Shown piece by piece: positions 51,195 to 60,988 of a stretch of DNA of 64,000 nt. Below the pieces are notes generated by a model. It ran no database searches, was not told the origin of the DNA, and saw nothing but the letters and a program-made list of their open reading frames with translations. The stretch's first letter is position 1. Every line of letters starts with the position of its first letter. Source of the DNA: Gammaproteobacteria bacterium (GTDB lineage Bacteria; Pseudomonadota; Gammaproteobacteria; Eutrophobiales; Eutrophobiaceae); assembly GCA_965116585.1 (NCBI GenBank), contig OZ220714.1, positions 2,309,247 through 2,373,246 on the forward strand, in the 5' to 3' direction. The translations under genes were made by a program, and so were the position numbers.

Positions 51195-53908
51195 TGCTGG
51201 TTGAGCCTGCACAGACTGTTATCTGCGCCAACACGCGCCTTGCGCGCCGGTTGCGCCTGCGCCACGCACAGGAACAGCTACGCCGGGGTAACCACGCCTG
51301 GGAGAGCCCGGATATCCTGCCCTGGCAGGCCTGGCTGCGGCGCTGCCGGGACGCTCTCAGTGAGCACAACGGCATACTGTTGAGTGCGGAGCAGGAAAGT
51401 GTTTTGTGGCAGCAGATCATCGAGGGTTCCGCGCAGCAGGACAAGCTGTTGCAGAGTTCGTCGGTCGCCGCGCAGGCGGCCGCGGCCTGGCAGGACCTGA
51501 GAGCATACCGGATCCCGATCTTTCCCGCAGGCGTTCCCTTGAATGAGGATGCCGGCGCATTCAAACTCTGGGCCGATGAGTTCCGCGCGCAATGCCAGCG
51601 CAACCACTGGACTGACAGCGCGGCGCTGGCGGATGAATTACTGCATATCTCCCCCGTCGCTGTGCACGTGTTCGGCAGTGAACTGACGCTGGTCGGATTT
51701 GACCGGCTGACCCCGCAACAGCAGACCTTGTTTGACACACTCAGGGCCGGTGGTGTGTCCGTGCGAGAACACCGGGGAGAGCGCCGGAACGAGACCGTGC
51801 GGGTAATGGATTTCAATGACGTGGATGCGGAGATCCAGGCCGCGGCGCTCTGGGCACGCCGCTGTGTCGAAACAGACGGGGAGCAGACAGTCGGCATCAT
51901 CACGCCACAGTTGCGCAACCTGCGTACCCGCATCCGTTACATCCTTGAGGACGTATTGGCGCCGGCACACCTGCGTTACCGGGATGGGGCCGAACGCCCA
52001 CCCTTCAGCATTTCCGTGGGACAGCCGCTGGCGGATTATCCATTGGTGCACGTGATCTTTCCCCTGCTTGAGTTGAGCAAGGCGCCGTTGCCCCTGGACG
52101 CGCTGGGCCTGCTGCTGCGCTCGCCGTTTATCCGTGGTTATGCGCGTGAGCGATCAGGACGCGCGCTGCTGGACCAGAAATTACGTTCCCGCAAGCAACC
52201 GGCGCTGAGCTGGAACGACCTGTTTTACCTGGCTGAGGACAGTAGCGAGTGCGCTCAGGCCGTCCCGGTTCTGGTGCGCATATTGCGTGACATCCGCACC
52301 CTGCTGGACGGATTGCCGGCGCGCCAGTCACCGGAGGCCTGGGCGGACACTTTCACCCGCGTGCTGGAAGTCCTGGGCTGGCCGGGTGAGCGCACGCCGG
52401 ACAGTGCAGAGCACCAACTGATCCGGGCCTGGCACAAGGCGCTGGACGGGCTGGTGTCCCTGCGCGTGGTGAAGGCGCAAATGACCCGGCGCGAGGCGCT
52501 CGCACAATTACGACGCAGTGCCGGGAATACCGGCTTCCAGCCGGAAACCGCGGAGACGCCGATCCAGGTCCTCGACCCCCAGGGCGCCGCCGCCATGGCT
52601 TTTGACCGCACCTGGATGCTGGGGCTGAACGAGGAATCCTGGCCGTCACGACCGCACCCCAATCCTTTCATTCCGATCCCGTTACAGAAGCAGTACGGGA
52701 TACCGGGCGCCGACGCCGGCGCGGCATTGGAACAAACCAGGGCCTTGCAGGCCGCGTTAGTGCGTTCTACCAGGCATATCATCCTGAGTCATGCCCGCCT
52801 TGATGAGGACCGGCCGTTGTTGGCCAGCCCCTTGTTGCAAGGCCTGATGCACGGCCCCGAGCCAGGCTCCCCGGACTCCCCGGGCACACCGGAGCAGGGC
52901 GCAGCAGAACAAGACAGCAACCCGGACACAACGGCTGTATTCAACGCCGGCAACCTGGAAACCATCGAAGACACCCATGCGCCGCCGGTAACCGGCCGTT
53001 ACGGCGCCGGCGGCGCGCAACTGTTCCAGGATCAATCCAAGTGTCCGTTTCGCGCCTTCGCTCGACACCGCCTGGATTCCAGGGGGCTGGACCACGCCGA
53101 CATAGGCACGGATGCCATGGAGCGAGGCAACCTGCTGCATGATCTCATGCAAAGTGTCTGGACGGAACTGCGCAGCCGGGAACGCCTCATGACTATGACT
53201 GAAACGGAACTCGAAGCATTCATTCAGGCCAAGACAGGCGCCATGTTGCAGGAGTATCGCAAACGTCGTCCCCTGGTTTATACAGCGCGCTTCGCTGAGA
53301 TAGAGGCTGAACGACTGGCGCACATCCTGAAGGAATGGCTGGCGCTGGAACTGGAACGGGCGCCGTTCACTGTAGTTGACGTGGAAGTGCGTACCCGTGC
53401 GACTATCGGCGAGGTGGAGTTTTCCACACGCCTGGATCGCGTGGATGCGCTGGAGGACGGCCGGCGCGTGATCATCGATTACAAAAGTGGCTCGGGTCTT
53501 GTCAAGAACTGGGCCGGTGAACGTCCCGAGGAACCGCAACTGCCGCTGTACGCCGTCACCCACCCGAAACCCGTGGCCGCACTCACGTTTGCCAGTCTCA
53601 AGCGGGGTGATAAATTCGGTTATGAAGGTCTGGCCGCAGACGCTGGCTTGTTGCCGAACACCGAGGAATTTACCAGTGACAAGCGGGCAAGAAATGTGCT
53701 GGCCGAATTGAAAACCCTGATCGGCGAGGATACACCGGAGTGGGCGAAGCTGTTCGACTACTGGCGCTCAGTGCTGGAGAACCTGGCGCAGGAATTCCGC
53801 CGGGGGGTAGCCACGGTAACACCCAAGGCGCGCGCCTGTGACTGGTGCGACCAGCACCCGCTGTGCCGCATCCATGAAGTCAACCAGGATATCAATAACG
53901 ATGGCTAA
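51194..53908 (+). CDS. addB: AddB-like PD-(D/E)xK nuclease subunit (double-strand break repair)
   Basis: 904 aa. C-terminal ...RVIIDYKSGSG... nuclease motif and a CDWCDQHPLCR Fe-S cysteine cluster. Translationally coupled to the downstream UvrD-like gene. Confidence 0.65.
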   Translation: MLVEPAQTVICANTRLARRLRLRHAQEQLRRGNHAWESPDILPWQAWLRRCRDALSEHNGILLSAEQESVLWQQIIEGSAQQDKLLQSSSVAAQAAAAWQDLRAYRIPIFPAGVPLNEDAGAFKLWADEFRAQCQRNHWTDSAALADELLHISPVAVHVFGSELTLVGFDRLTPQQQTLFDTLRAGGVSVREHRGERRNETVRVMDFNDVDAEIQAAALWARRCVETDGEQTVGIITPQLRNLRTRIRYILEDVLAPAHLRYRDGAERPPFSISVGQPLADYPLVHVIFPLLELSKAPLPLDALGLLLRSPFIRGYARERSGRALLDQKLRSRKQPALSWNDLFYLAEDSSECAQAVPVLVRILRDIRTLLDGLPARQSPEAWADTFTRVLEVLGWPGERTPDSAEHQLIRAWHKALDGLVSLRVVKAQMTRREALAQLRRSAGNTGFQPETAETPIQVLDPQGAAAMAFDRTWMLGLNEESWPSRPHPNPFIPIPLQKQYGIPGADAGAALEQTRALQAALVRSTRHIILSHARLDEDRPLLASPLLQGLMHGPEPGSPDSPGTPEQGAAEQDSNPDTTAVFNAGNLETIEDTHAPPVTGRYGAGGAQLFQDQSKCPFRAFARHRLDSRGLDHADIGTDAMERGNLLHDLMQSVWTELRSRERLMTMTETELEAFIQAKTGAMLQEYRKRRPLVYTARFAEIEAERLAHILKEWLALELERAPFTVVDVEVRTRATIGEVEFSTRLDRVDALEDGRRVIIDYKSGSGLVKNWAGERPEEPQLPLYAVTHPKPVAALTFASLKRGDKFGYEGLAADAGLLPNTEEFTSDKRARNVLAELKTLIGEDTPEWAKLFDYWRSVLENLAQEFRRGVATVTPKARACDWCDQHPLCRIHEVNQDINNDG

Positions 53909-56900
53909 GTCTCCTGTCGACCAGGACGTCCGGGAACGGGTATTACACCCGGAGCAGTCCTTTATCGTGCAGGCGCCGGCGGGGTCGGGCAAGACCGAGT
54001 TGCTGGTGAGGCGTTTCCTGCGTTTACTGACGGTGGTGGAAGCGCCGGAAGAGATTGTCGCCATCACCTTCACGCGCAAGGCGGCCGCGGAGATGCGCGA
54101 ACGCATTATCGTCAAGGCATTACAGCGCGCCGCGGCGCTGAGCAATGCCGCGCGGGAGGCAAACAGTACAGACCCGTTATTGAGACTGGCCTGTGAGGTA
54201 TTGGCAAGAGATGAGCAGCTTGGCTGGCAACTGCTGCAGAACCCGGCGCGCCTGAAAATCCAGACCATCGATTCCTTTTGTGCGGCGCTGACGCGGCAGA
54301 TGCCGCTGCTGGCGCAACTGGGCGGACAACCGGAGCTTGCCGAACACCCCGCCAACCTGTACCGGGAAGCGGCGACGAACACCCTGAAACTGCTGGATGA
54401 GACCACCGCGCAGGACGGAGCACAGTCCGGCGCCAGCGTCGCCGCCGAACTCCTGTTGCAGCGCCTGGACAACGACTTGCCCAAGGCCAGGGACATGCTC
54501 ATCAAGATGCTGCAGAAGCGGGATCAGTGGCTGCGCCACCTGGTCGGGCAACGGCCAGACCGGGCCGCCATGGAGAATGCACTCAAGCATATTGTGGAGG
54601 CTTCATTGGCTGACGTCCTGGATGCCTTGTCCGATAGCGATGCGCAGGAGCTGGCTGACAGCGCCGCTTATGCGGCAGACAACCTGCTGGGTGATTGTCC
54701 CTGGCCGGGCGGGGAATTACCCGAGCCCCGCGCAGAGTGCCGGCAGGACTGGCAGTTTATTGCCAACCGGTGCCTGACCCAACAGGGCGATTGGCGCAAA
54801 AGTGTGGACAAGAGGAACGGATTTCCGGCGGGCAAGGACGGCAAATATATGAAAGAGAAATTTACCGGCCTGCTGAACCGGTTCTCCGAACAACCGCACT
54901 TGCTGGAGTTGTTCCGGGAAGTGAAGATGCTCCCGCCCACTGAATACCAGGATGCCGAATGGGAGGTGCTCAGGGCGCTGTACGTGTTGCTGGTGCGGGC
55001 GAATGAGCAATTGCGCCGCTTGTGCGCGGCGCACAACCAGGTGGATTTCATCAGCCTGACCGAGGCCGCCATTCAGGCGCTGGGGGATGAGGACAGTCCT
55101 ACCGACCTGGCGCTGTACCTGGATTACCACATCCGCCACGTACTCGTGGATGAGTACCAGGACGTGTCCATCAACCAGCAGGAGTTACTGGAAAAGCTGA
55201 CTGCGGGCTGGTCCATGGAAGACGGCCACAGCCTGTTCCTGGTGGGCGACCCCATGCAATCCATCTACCGTTTCCGCAAGGCGGAAGTGGGGGTGTTCCT
55301 GAACACCTGGGAAGAACAACGGCTGGGACAGGTGCCTGTCGAGGCGGTGAAAATCGAGGTTAACTTCCGCTCCGACCCGACCCTGGTGAACTGGGTCAAT
55401 CGGGTCTTTCCCGAGATAATGCCCGGCGTGCCGGACAGCGCGCGCGGTGCGGTTGATTTCGCACCGGCACAGGCGTTCCGTGAATTTACGGGCACGACCG
55501 GCGTACACGTGCATCCCGTATTGATACCTAAAACGAACTATGAGCAGCGGGCCGCAGCGCAGGCACAGGGGGAAGCACGGGAGGCGCAACTGGTGTTGCA
55601 GCAGATCGGCAGCATCCGGGCAGAATTTCCATCCGACAGCATCGCCATACTGGTGCGCGCCCGCACTCGGCTTAATGCCATCACGCCATTACTGGCACAA
55701 CAGAAAATACCTTTTCGCGCGAAGGATATTGAACAACTCGACGCCCGCCCGGTGATCCAGGACCTGCTGACCCTGACCCGTGCCCTGCGCCACCCGGCCG
55801 ACCGCGTCGCCTGGCTGGCGTTGCTGCGCGCGCCCTGGTGTGGTTTGTGCCTGGCGGACCTGCTGGCGCTGAGTGAAAACAGCAAGCACAACACCATCTG
55901 GCAATGCCTGCAGGATGAGGAGAGACGTGCGGCGCTCAGCGCGGAAGGTCGGAGCCGGGCAGAACGCGTGTGTGCAATCCTCTCCCAGGCGTTGGCGCGG
56001 CAAGGCCGGCTGCCGTTCCGGCGCTGGGTGGAAGGGCTGTGGCTGAACCTGGGCGGTCCGGCAACCCTGGAGACTGATACCGATTTGCGCGACGCCCGGC
56101 GCTATTTTGAACTGCTGGATGGACTGGAGCAGGGCGGCGGCCTGCCCAGCCAGGAAGAACTGGAGACGCGCATGGAAGAGCTGTATGCCGGCGCTGATAC
56201 TCGGGCCGATGACAGTTTACAGGTAATGACCGTACACGGCGCCAAGGGACTGGAGTTTGACCACGTCATCCTGCCCGGCCTGTCCCGAACAATCCCAACT
56301 GCCAGGCAGGAATTACTGGCGTGGTCTGAAAACCCCTATCCCACCAGACCCGACCTGCTCCTGGCGCCGGTCAAGGCCAGCGAGGAGGCGGTGGCGCCGA
56401 TCTACGAGTTTATTACCAGCCTGGAAAAAAGAAAGCAACGCTACGAGGAAGGGCGTCTGTTATACGTGGCGGCTACCCGGGCGCGCAAACAACTGCACCT
56501 GATCGGTATTGCTGAGGTGGATGAGGGGGAGCACGGGTTGGCAACCAAAGAGCCATCCGACAACAAGCCGTTGGGGCAACTGTGGCCGGTGGTGGGAAAA
56601 GCGTTCCAGACCGGCATTTCCAGGGAACTGCTGCAAATCGACCCGAAAAATTCACCAGCCATGCGCCGGCGCGCGCCGCTGCGCCGCTTGCCCGCTGACT
56701 GGCAGTTGCCCGAGCCGCCAGCGGGCCTGCACTGGACCTCACCCCTGGCAGCAGATGCTACCCGGGAAGATGCCGGCGCGCAAAGCGGGCCCATCGAATA
56801 CCAGTGGGCCGGACGCGCCATCAAGCACGTGGGCAGTATTGTGCACCAGTATTTGCAGCGGATGAGCATTGAGGGAGCCGAACACTGGAACGCGGATAAA

Positions 56901-57335
56901 ATCCGCGCACACCGTCCCCGTTACCGGGATGCCTTGTACGCTCTCGGCGTGCCTGAAGCGGAACTGGATAACGCCTGTGCCTGGGTGGAACAGGCGCTGA
57001 ATGGGATCCTGGCAGACCCCAGGGGGCGCTGGTTGCTGGCCGCCCACGAGGAACAACAGAGCGAATACGCGCTGAGCGGCATCCACGGGGGCGACGTTGT
57101 GAATATCATCATCGACAGGACCTTCATTGACGCGGACGGCACACGCTGGATCGTCGATTACAAGGCCTCGCGCCATGAATCCGGCGACATTGAACAATTC
57201 CTGGATTTACAACAGGAACGCTACCGCGCACAACTGGAAAAATACGCGGCGGTGATGTCCGCCCTGGATGATCGGTCTGTGCGCCTGGGTCTGTATTTTC
57301 CACTCCTGCGCGGCTGGCGCGAGTGGGCATTATGA
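53904..57335 (+). CDS. addA: AddA-like UvrD-family helicase-nuclease subunit
   Basis: Walker A APAGSGKTELLV and UvrD helicase motifs. C-terminal ...RWIVDYKASR PD-(D/E)xK motif. ATG at 53904 overlaps the addB-like stop. Confidence 0.7.
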   Translation, partial: AKSPVDQDVRERVLHPEQSFIVQAPAGSGKTELLVRRFLRLLTVVEAPEEIVAITFTRKAAAEMRERIIVKALQRAAALSNAAREANSTDPLLRLACEVLARDEQLGWQLLQNPARLKIQTIDSFCAALTRQMPLLAQLGGQPELAEHPANLYREAATNTLKLLDETTAQDGAQSGASVAAELLLQRLDNDLPKARDMLIKMLQKRDQWLRHLVGQRPDRAAMENALKHIVEASLADVLDALSDSDAQELADSAAYAADNLLGDCPWPGGELPEPRAECRQDWQFIANRCLTQQGDWRKSVDKRNGFPAGKDGKYMKEKFTGLLNRFSEQPHLLELFREVKMLPPTEYQDAEWEVLRALYVLLVRANEQLRRLCAAHNQVDFISLTEAAIQALGDEDSPTDLALYLDYHIRHVLVDEYQDVSINQQELLEKLTAGWSMEDGHSLFLVGDPMQSIYRFRKAEVGVFLNTWEEQRLGQVPVEAVKIEVNFRSDPTLVNWVNRVFPEIMPGVPDSARGAVDFAPAQAFREFTGTTGVHVHPVLIPKTNYEQRAAAQAQGEAREAQLVLQQIGSIRAEFPSDSIAILVRARTRLNAITPLLAQQKIPFRAKDIEQLDARPVIQDLLTLTRALRHPADRVAWLALLRAPWCGLCLADLLALSENSKHNTIWQCLQDEERRAALSAEGRSRAERVCAILSQALARQGRLPFRRWVEGLWLNLGGPATLETDTDLRDARRYFELLDGLEQGGGLPSQEELETRMEELYAGADTRADDSLQVMTVHGAKGLEFDHVILPGLSRTIPTARQELLAWSENPYPTRPDLLLAPVKASEEAVAPIYEFITSLEKRKQRYEEGRLLYVAATRARKQLHLIGIAEVDEGEHGLATKEPSDNKPLGQLWPVVGKAFQTGISRELLQIDPKNSPAMRRRAPLRRLPADWQLPEPPAGLHWTSPLAADATREDAGAQSGPIEYQWAGRAIKHVGSIVHQYLQRMSIEGAEHWNADKIRAHRPRYRDALYALGVPEAELDNACAWVEQALNGILADPRGRWLLAAHEEQQSEYALSGIHGGDVVNIIIDRTFIDADGTRWIVDYKASRHESGDIEQFLDLQQERYRAQLEKYAAVMSALDDRSVRLGLYFPLLRGWREWAL

Positions 57336-57336
57336 G

Positions 57337-58428
57337 TCAAACATTGAACCGGAACAGTATCACGTCCCCGTCCTGCACTATGTAGTCTTTTCCTTCCAGG
57401 CGCCATTTGCCGGCGGTTTTGGCGCCTTGTTCGCCCTGGTACTCGATGAAGTCGTCATAGCCGATGACCTCGGCGCGGATGAAGCCCTTCTCGAAATCAG
57501 TGTGGATGACCCCCCCGGCCCGGGGGGCGGTGGCTCCGGTTTTGACGGTCCAGGCGCGTACCTCGCTGGGGCCGGCGGTGAAGAAGGTGTGCGTGTTCAG
57601 CAGTTCGTAACCGGCCCGGATCAGCCGGTGCAAACCCGGTTCGGCCAGCCCCAGTTCGTGCAGGAACTCCGTTTTACTGTGCTCGTCAAGTTGACCCAGT
57701 TCCGTCTCAATGGCAGCGGAGATGACGATCAGCCCGGCCGCGTCGGCTTTGGCGCGCCGGGCCAACGGCGCCAGCCATGCATTGGAGCTGATGCCGGTTT
57801 CTTCCACGTTGGCCACGTACAGCACCGGTTTTTCCGTTAGCAGGCCCAACTCCCGGGCCAGTGCGCGTGCGCCGCCGCTCGCAGGCAAGGCCCTGGCAAC
57901 CGCGTCGTCATCGATATGCCCGGTCAGGTCGGCCAGCAGGCGGACGCGCGTCAATGCCTCTTTGTCCCCGGTTTTCGCCGCTTTTTCCGCCTTCTGCACG
58001 GCGCGTTGCAAGGTTTGCAGGTCGGCCAGGCACAGTTCAGTATTGATGGTGTCCAGGTCCGCAAGCGGATCTATCCTGCCGCCGACATGGGTAACGTTGT
58101 CATCATCGAAGCAACGCAATACCTGGGCGAGGGCGTGGGTTTCCCGAATGTGGCCCAGGAATTTGTTGCCGAGACCTTCTCCCTTTGAGGCGCCGGCTAC
58201 CAGGCCGGCGATATCGACAAACTCCACGTGGGTGGGCACGACCCGTTGCGGCCGGACGATGCCGGCGACTGCCTGTAAGCGGGGATCGGGCACCGGCACT
58301 ACGCCGGTATTGGGCTCAATGGTGCAGAACGGATAATTCGCCGCGTCAATCCCGGCGTTGGTCAAGGCATTGAACAAGGTGGACTTGCCCACGTTGGGCA
58401 AGCCGACGATCCCGCATTTGAAACCCAT
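57337..58428 (-). CDS. ychF: Ribosome-binding ATPase YchF
   Basis: MGFKCGIVGLPNVGKSTLFNALT...; 363 aa. Confidence 0.9.
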   Translation of the reverse strand: MGFKCGIVGLPNVGKSTLFNALTNAGIDAANYPFCTIEPNTGVVPVPDPRLQAVAGIVRPQRVVPTHVEFVDIAGLVAGASKGEGLGNKFLGHIRETHALAQVLRCFDDDNVTHVGGRIDPLADLDTINTELCLADLQTLQRAVQKAEKAAKTGDKEALTRVRLLADLTGHIDDDAVARALPASGGARALARELGLLTEKPVLYVANVEETGISSNAWLAPLARRAKADAAGLIVISAAIETELGQLDEHSKTEFLHELGLAEPGLHRLIRAGYELLNTHTFFTAGPSEVRAWTVKTGATAPRAGGVIHTDFEKGFIRAEVIGYDDFIEYQGEQGAKTAGKWRLEGKDYIVQDGDVILFRFNV

Positions 58429-58463
58429 GGTTCGTATTGGTTCCCTTGGAGCTTCCCTAAGTA

Positions 58464-59057
58464 CTAAGGTTGTTCCCTGCTGTGCAAACGATGCATGGCT
58501 TTTTCCAGTGCGCCGGCGTATAGCAGGGGCATGACTTCCAGGCCACTTTGTATTGCCTGCCCGATCAGCGCGCTATCGTCGCTATCGGGCCGGCCCAGCA
58601 CGTGCGCTAACACCCTGGACTTGTCTCCCGGATGGCTGACGCCTATGCGCAGCCTCAGGTAGTCGTTGTCGCCGAGTTTTTCACTGATGTCGATCAAGCC
58701 CTTGTGACCGCCATGGCCGCCGTTTTTTTTCAGGCGTATTACGCCGGAGTCCAGGTCTATCTCATCGTGAACAACCAGTATGCGGGACGGTTCAATACGG
58801 TAATAGTCGGTAACGGCCCGCAGCGCCCGCCCGCTGTCGTTCATGAAAGTAGTGGGTTTGAACAGCAGACAATCCAGTGCGGGGGTGTTGATCCGGGCAA
58901 GCTCGCCAAAGAATTTTTTTTCGGGCGCAAAACGGACCTGGTGTTCATCTGCCAGCCCGTCTACGAACCAGAAACCGGCATTATGACGCGTAGCCGAATA
59001 GTCCGCGCCGGGATTACCCAGGCCCGCAATGAGTTTCAATCCGGTTGTATCGCTCAC
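58464..59057 (-). CDS. pth: Peptidyl-tRNA hydrolase
   Basis: LIAGLGNPG...YSATRHNAGF...; 197 aa. Confidence 0.9.
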   Translation of the reverse strand: MSDTTGLKLIAGLGNPGADYSATRHNAGFWFVDGLADEHQVRFAPEKKFFGELARINTPALDCLLFKPTTFMNDSGRALRAVTDYYRIEPSRILVVHDEIDLDSGVIRLKKNGGHGGHKGLIDISEKLGDNDYLRLRIGVSHPGDKSRVLAHVLGRPDSDDSALIGQAIQSGLEVMPLLYAGALEKAMHRLHSREQP

Positions 59058-59111
59058 CCGGAAAGGAGATGATTATATTGGGCAGTAACCGGTAACGTTC
59101 CGTTGCAGATC

Positions 59112-59780
59112 CTATTCTTCCTCTGCCTCTGTCTCTGCCTCTGTCTCTGTTCCCTCCATCTCCTCCAGCGCTTCTTCCATTTCCTCTTCTTCTTCCAGAG
59201 TGCCTTTTGGCAGGCTCACGGTCGCCACCGAAGCCGACGCATCACCGCCGGACAGCAGCGCATAAATTTCCACTCCTTCGGGCAGGACGATGTCGCTGAG
59301 ATGCACGGATTCGCCCACGTGCACGTTCGCCATGTCCACGTCGATGTATTCCGGCAGGTTCCCGGGCAGGCAGCTTATTTCCAGTTCGGTCATGATGTGG
59401 CCGACCACGCCGCCGTCCGTCTTCACGCCCACACACTGGTCTTCATTCACAAAATGCAGCGGCACCCGCATGGTAATTTTCTGTTTCTCGTCAATCCGTT
59501 GAAAATCGATATGCAGGATATCGGGCTTGTAGGGATGCCTCTGTAAATCCTTTACCACTACCTGCTCACTCTGCGCATCGAGGTTAAGCGTCAGGATGCT
59601 GGAGTAAAACGCCTCCTGGTCGAGGCGGTGCAACACATCGTCATGCACTAACGCGATAGACTGCGGCTCTTTGCCGGCGCCGTAAACAATGCCGGGTATC
59701 CGGCCCGAACGGCGCAGGCGGCGACTCGCGCTTTTCCCCAGGTCATTGCGGGTTTCTGCTTTTAATTCACTAACTTGCAT
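59112..59780 (-). CDS. rplY: 50S ribosomal protein L25 / general stress protein Ctc
   Basis: L25/Ctc fold sequence with an acidic C-terminal tail. Confidence 0.85.
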   Translation of the reverse strand: MQVSELKAETRNDLGKSASRRLRRSGRIPGIVYGAGKEPQSIALVHDDVLHRLDQEAFYSSILTLNLDAQSEQVVVKDLQRHPYKPDILHIDFQRIDEKQKITMRVPLHFVNEDQCVGVKTDGGVVGHIMTELEISCLPGNLPEYIDVDMANVHVGESVHLSDIVLPEGVEIYALLSGGDASASVATVSLPKGTLEEEEEMEEALEEMEGTETEAETEAEEE

Positions 59781-59790
59781 TTTACAAATC

Positions 59791-60744
59791 TCAATCGATA
59801 AACATGGAACTCAGCGATTCTCCCTCGGAAATCCGCCGGATGCTCTCTGCCAGCATGGTGGCAACACTGAGCTGGCGAATTTTAGCACAATTCTCAGCGC
59901 TTTCGCGCAACGGGATAGTATCCGTTACCACCAGTTCATCCAGTTGCGACGCGTTGATGTTGCTTAGCGCCTTGCCGGACAGCACCGGGTGAGTACAATA
60001 GGCGACCACCCGGGCCGCGCCGAAATCCTTCAGCGCATTGGAGGCATTGCATAACGTTCCCGCCGTATCCACCATGTCATCCACGATGATGCAGGTCCGA
60101 TCTTTCACGTCGCCGATGATGTTCATAATCTCCGACTCATTTGCCTTGGGCCGGCGCTTGTCGATAATGGCCAGGTCAGTATCATCCAGTCGCTTGGCAA
60201 TGGCGCGTGCCCTGACTACGCCGCCCACGTCTGGCGATACCACCATCAGTTGTTCATACCTGTGCTTCCATATATCACCCAGTAATACCGGGGACGCATA
60301 GACATTGTCCAGCGGCATATCAAAAAACCCCTGGATCTGGTCGGCATGCAGGTCCACTGTCAGCACCTTGGAGATGCCCGTGGTTCCAATCATATCCGCC
60401 ACCACCTTGGCCGTGATGGGCACCCTGGCCGACCTTGTTCTGCGGTCCTGGCGGGCATAGCCCATGTAGGGAATCACCGCGGTAATGCGCCCTGCCGATG
60501 CTCTCTTCAGGGCATCGGCAATGATCAGTAATTCCATCAGGTTGTCATTGGCCGGCGAACACAGGGATTGCAGGATAAATACGTCACGCCCGCGCACGTT
60601 TTCCGCAATTTCCACCATGATCTCGCCATCGCTGAAACGACCTACACTGATTTTACCCAGGGGCATATTCAGGTTGCGCGCTATGGCAGACGCCAGGGCC
60701 GGATTGGCGTTTCCGGAAAACAGCATCATATCTACTAACGACAT
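59791..60744 (-). CDS. prs: Ribose-phosphate pyrophosphokinase
   Basis: ...[12 protein letters not shown]...GRFSDGE...; conserved PRPP synthetase motifs. The real start is probably the internal MMLF. Confidence 0.9.
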   Translation of the reverse strand: MSLVDMMLFSGNANPALASAIARNLNMPLGKISVGRFSDGEIMVEIAENVRGRDVFILQSLCSPANDNLMELLIIADALKRASAGRITAVIPYMGYARQDRRTRSARVPITAKVVADMIGTTGISKVLTVDLHADQIQGFFDMPLDNVYASPVLLGDIWKHRYEQLMVVSPDVGGVVRARAIAKRLDDTDLAIIDKRRPKANESEIMNIIGDVKDRTCIIVDDMVDTAGTLCNASNALKDFGAARVVAYCTHPVLSGKALSNINASQLDELVVTDTIPLRESAENCAKIRQLSVATMLAESIRRISEGESLSSMFID

Positions 60745-60770
60745 TCATTGCCCCTGTGGATAGGCTCAAC

Positions 60771-60845
60771 TGGCTGGGGCGCCAGGATTCGAACCTGGGA
60801 ATGCAGGGATCAAAACCCTGTGCCTTACCACTTGGCCACGCCCCA
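60771..60845 (-). tRNA. tRNA-Gln: tRNA-Gln (anticodon UUG)
   Basis: The reverse complement reads TGGGGCGTGGCCAAGTGGTAAGGCACAGGGTTTTGATCCCTGCATTCCCAGGTTCGAATCCTGGCGCCCCAGCCA. It folds as a cloverleaf with anticodon loop TTTTGAT and ends in CCA. Confidence 0.85.
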
Positions 60846-60988
60846 TCAATGCCCGCCACTCCGGCATGTCTTTGCCCAACACGATATTCAATGAAATTTC
60901 AACGGAGAACGGCGGTGAACTGTATAGTATCACATAATCAACCCGGTTTGCGCAAAAGGACAACCGTACATGTACCGGCGCGCGTGCA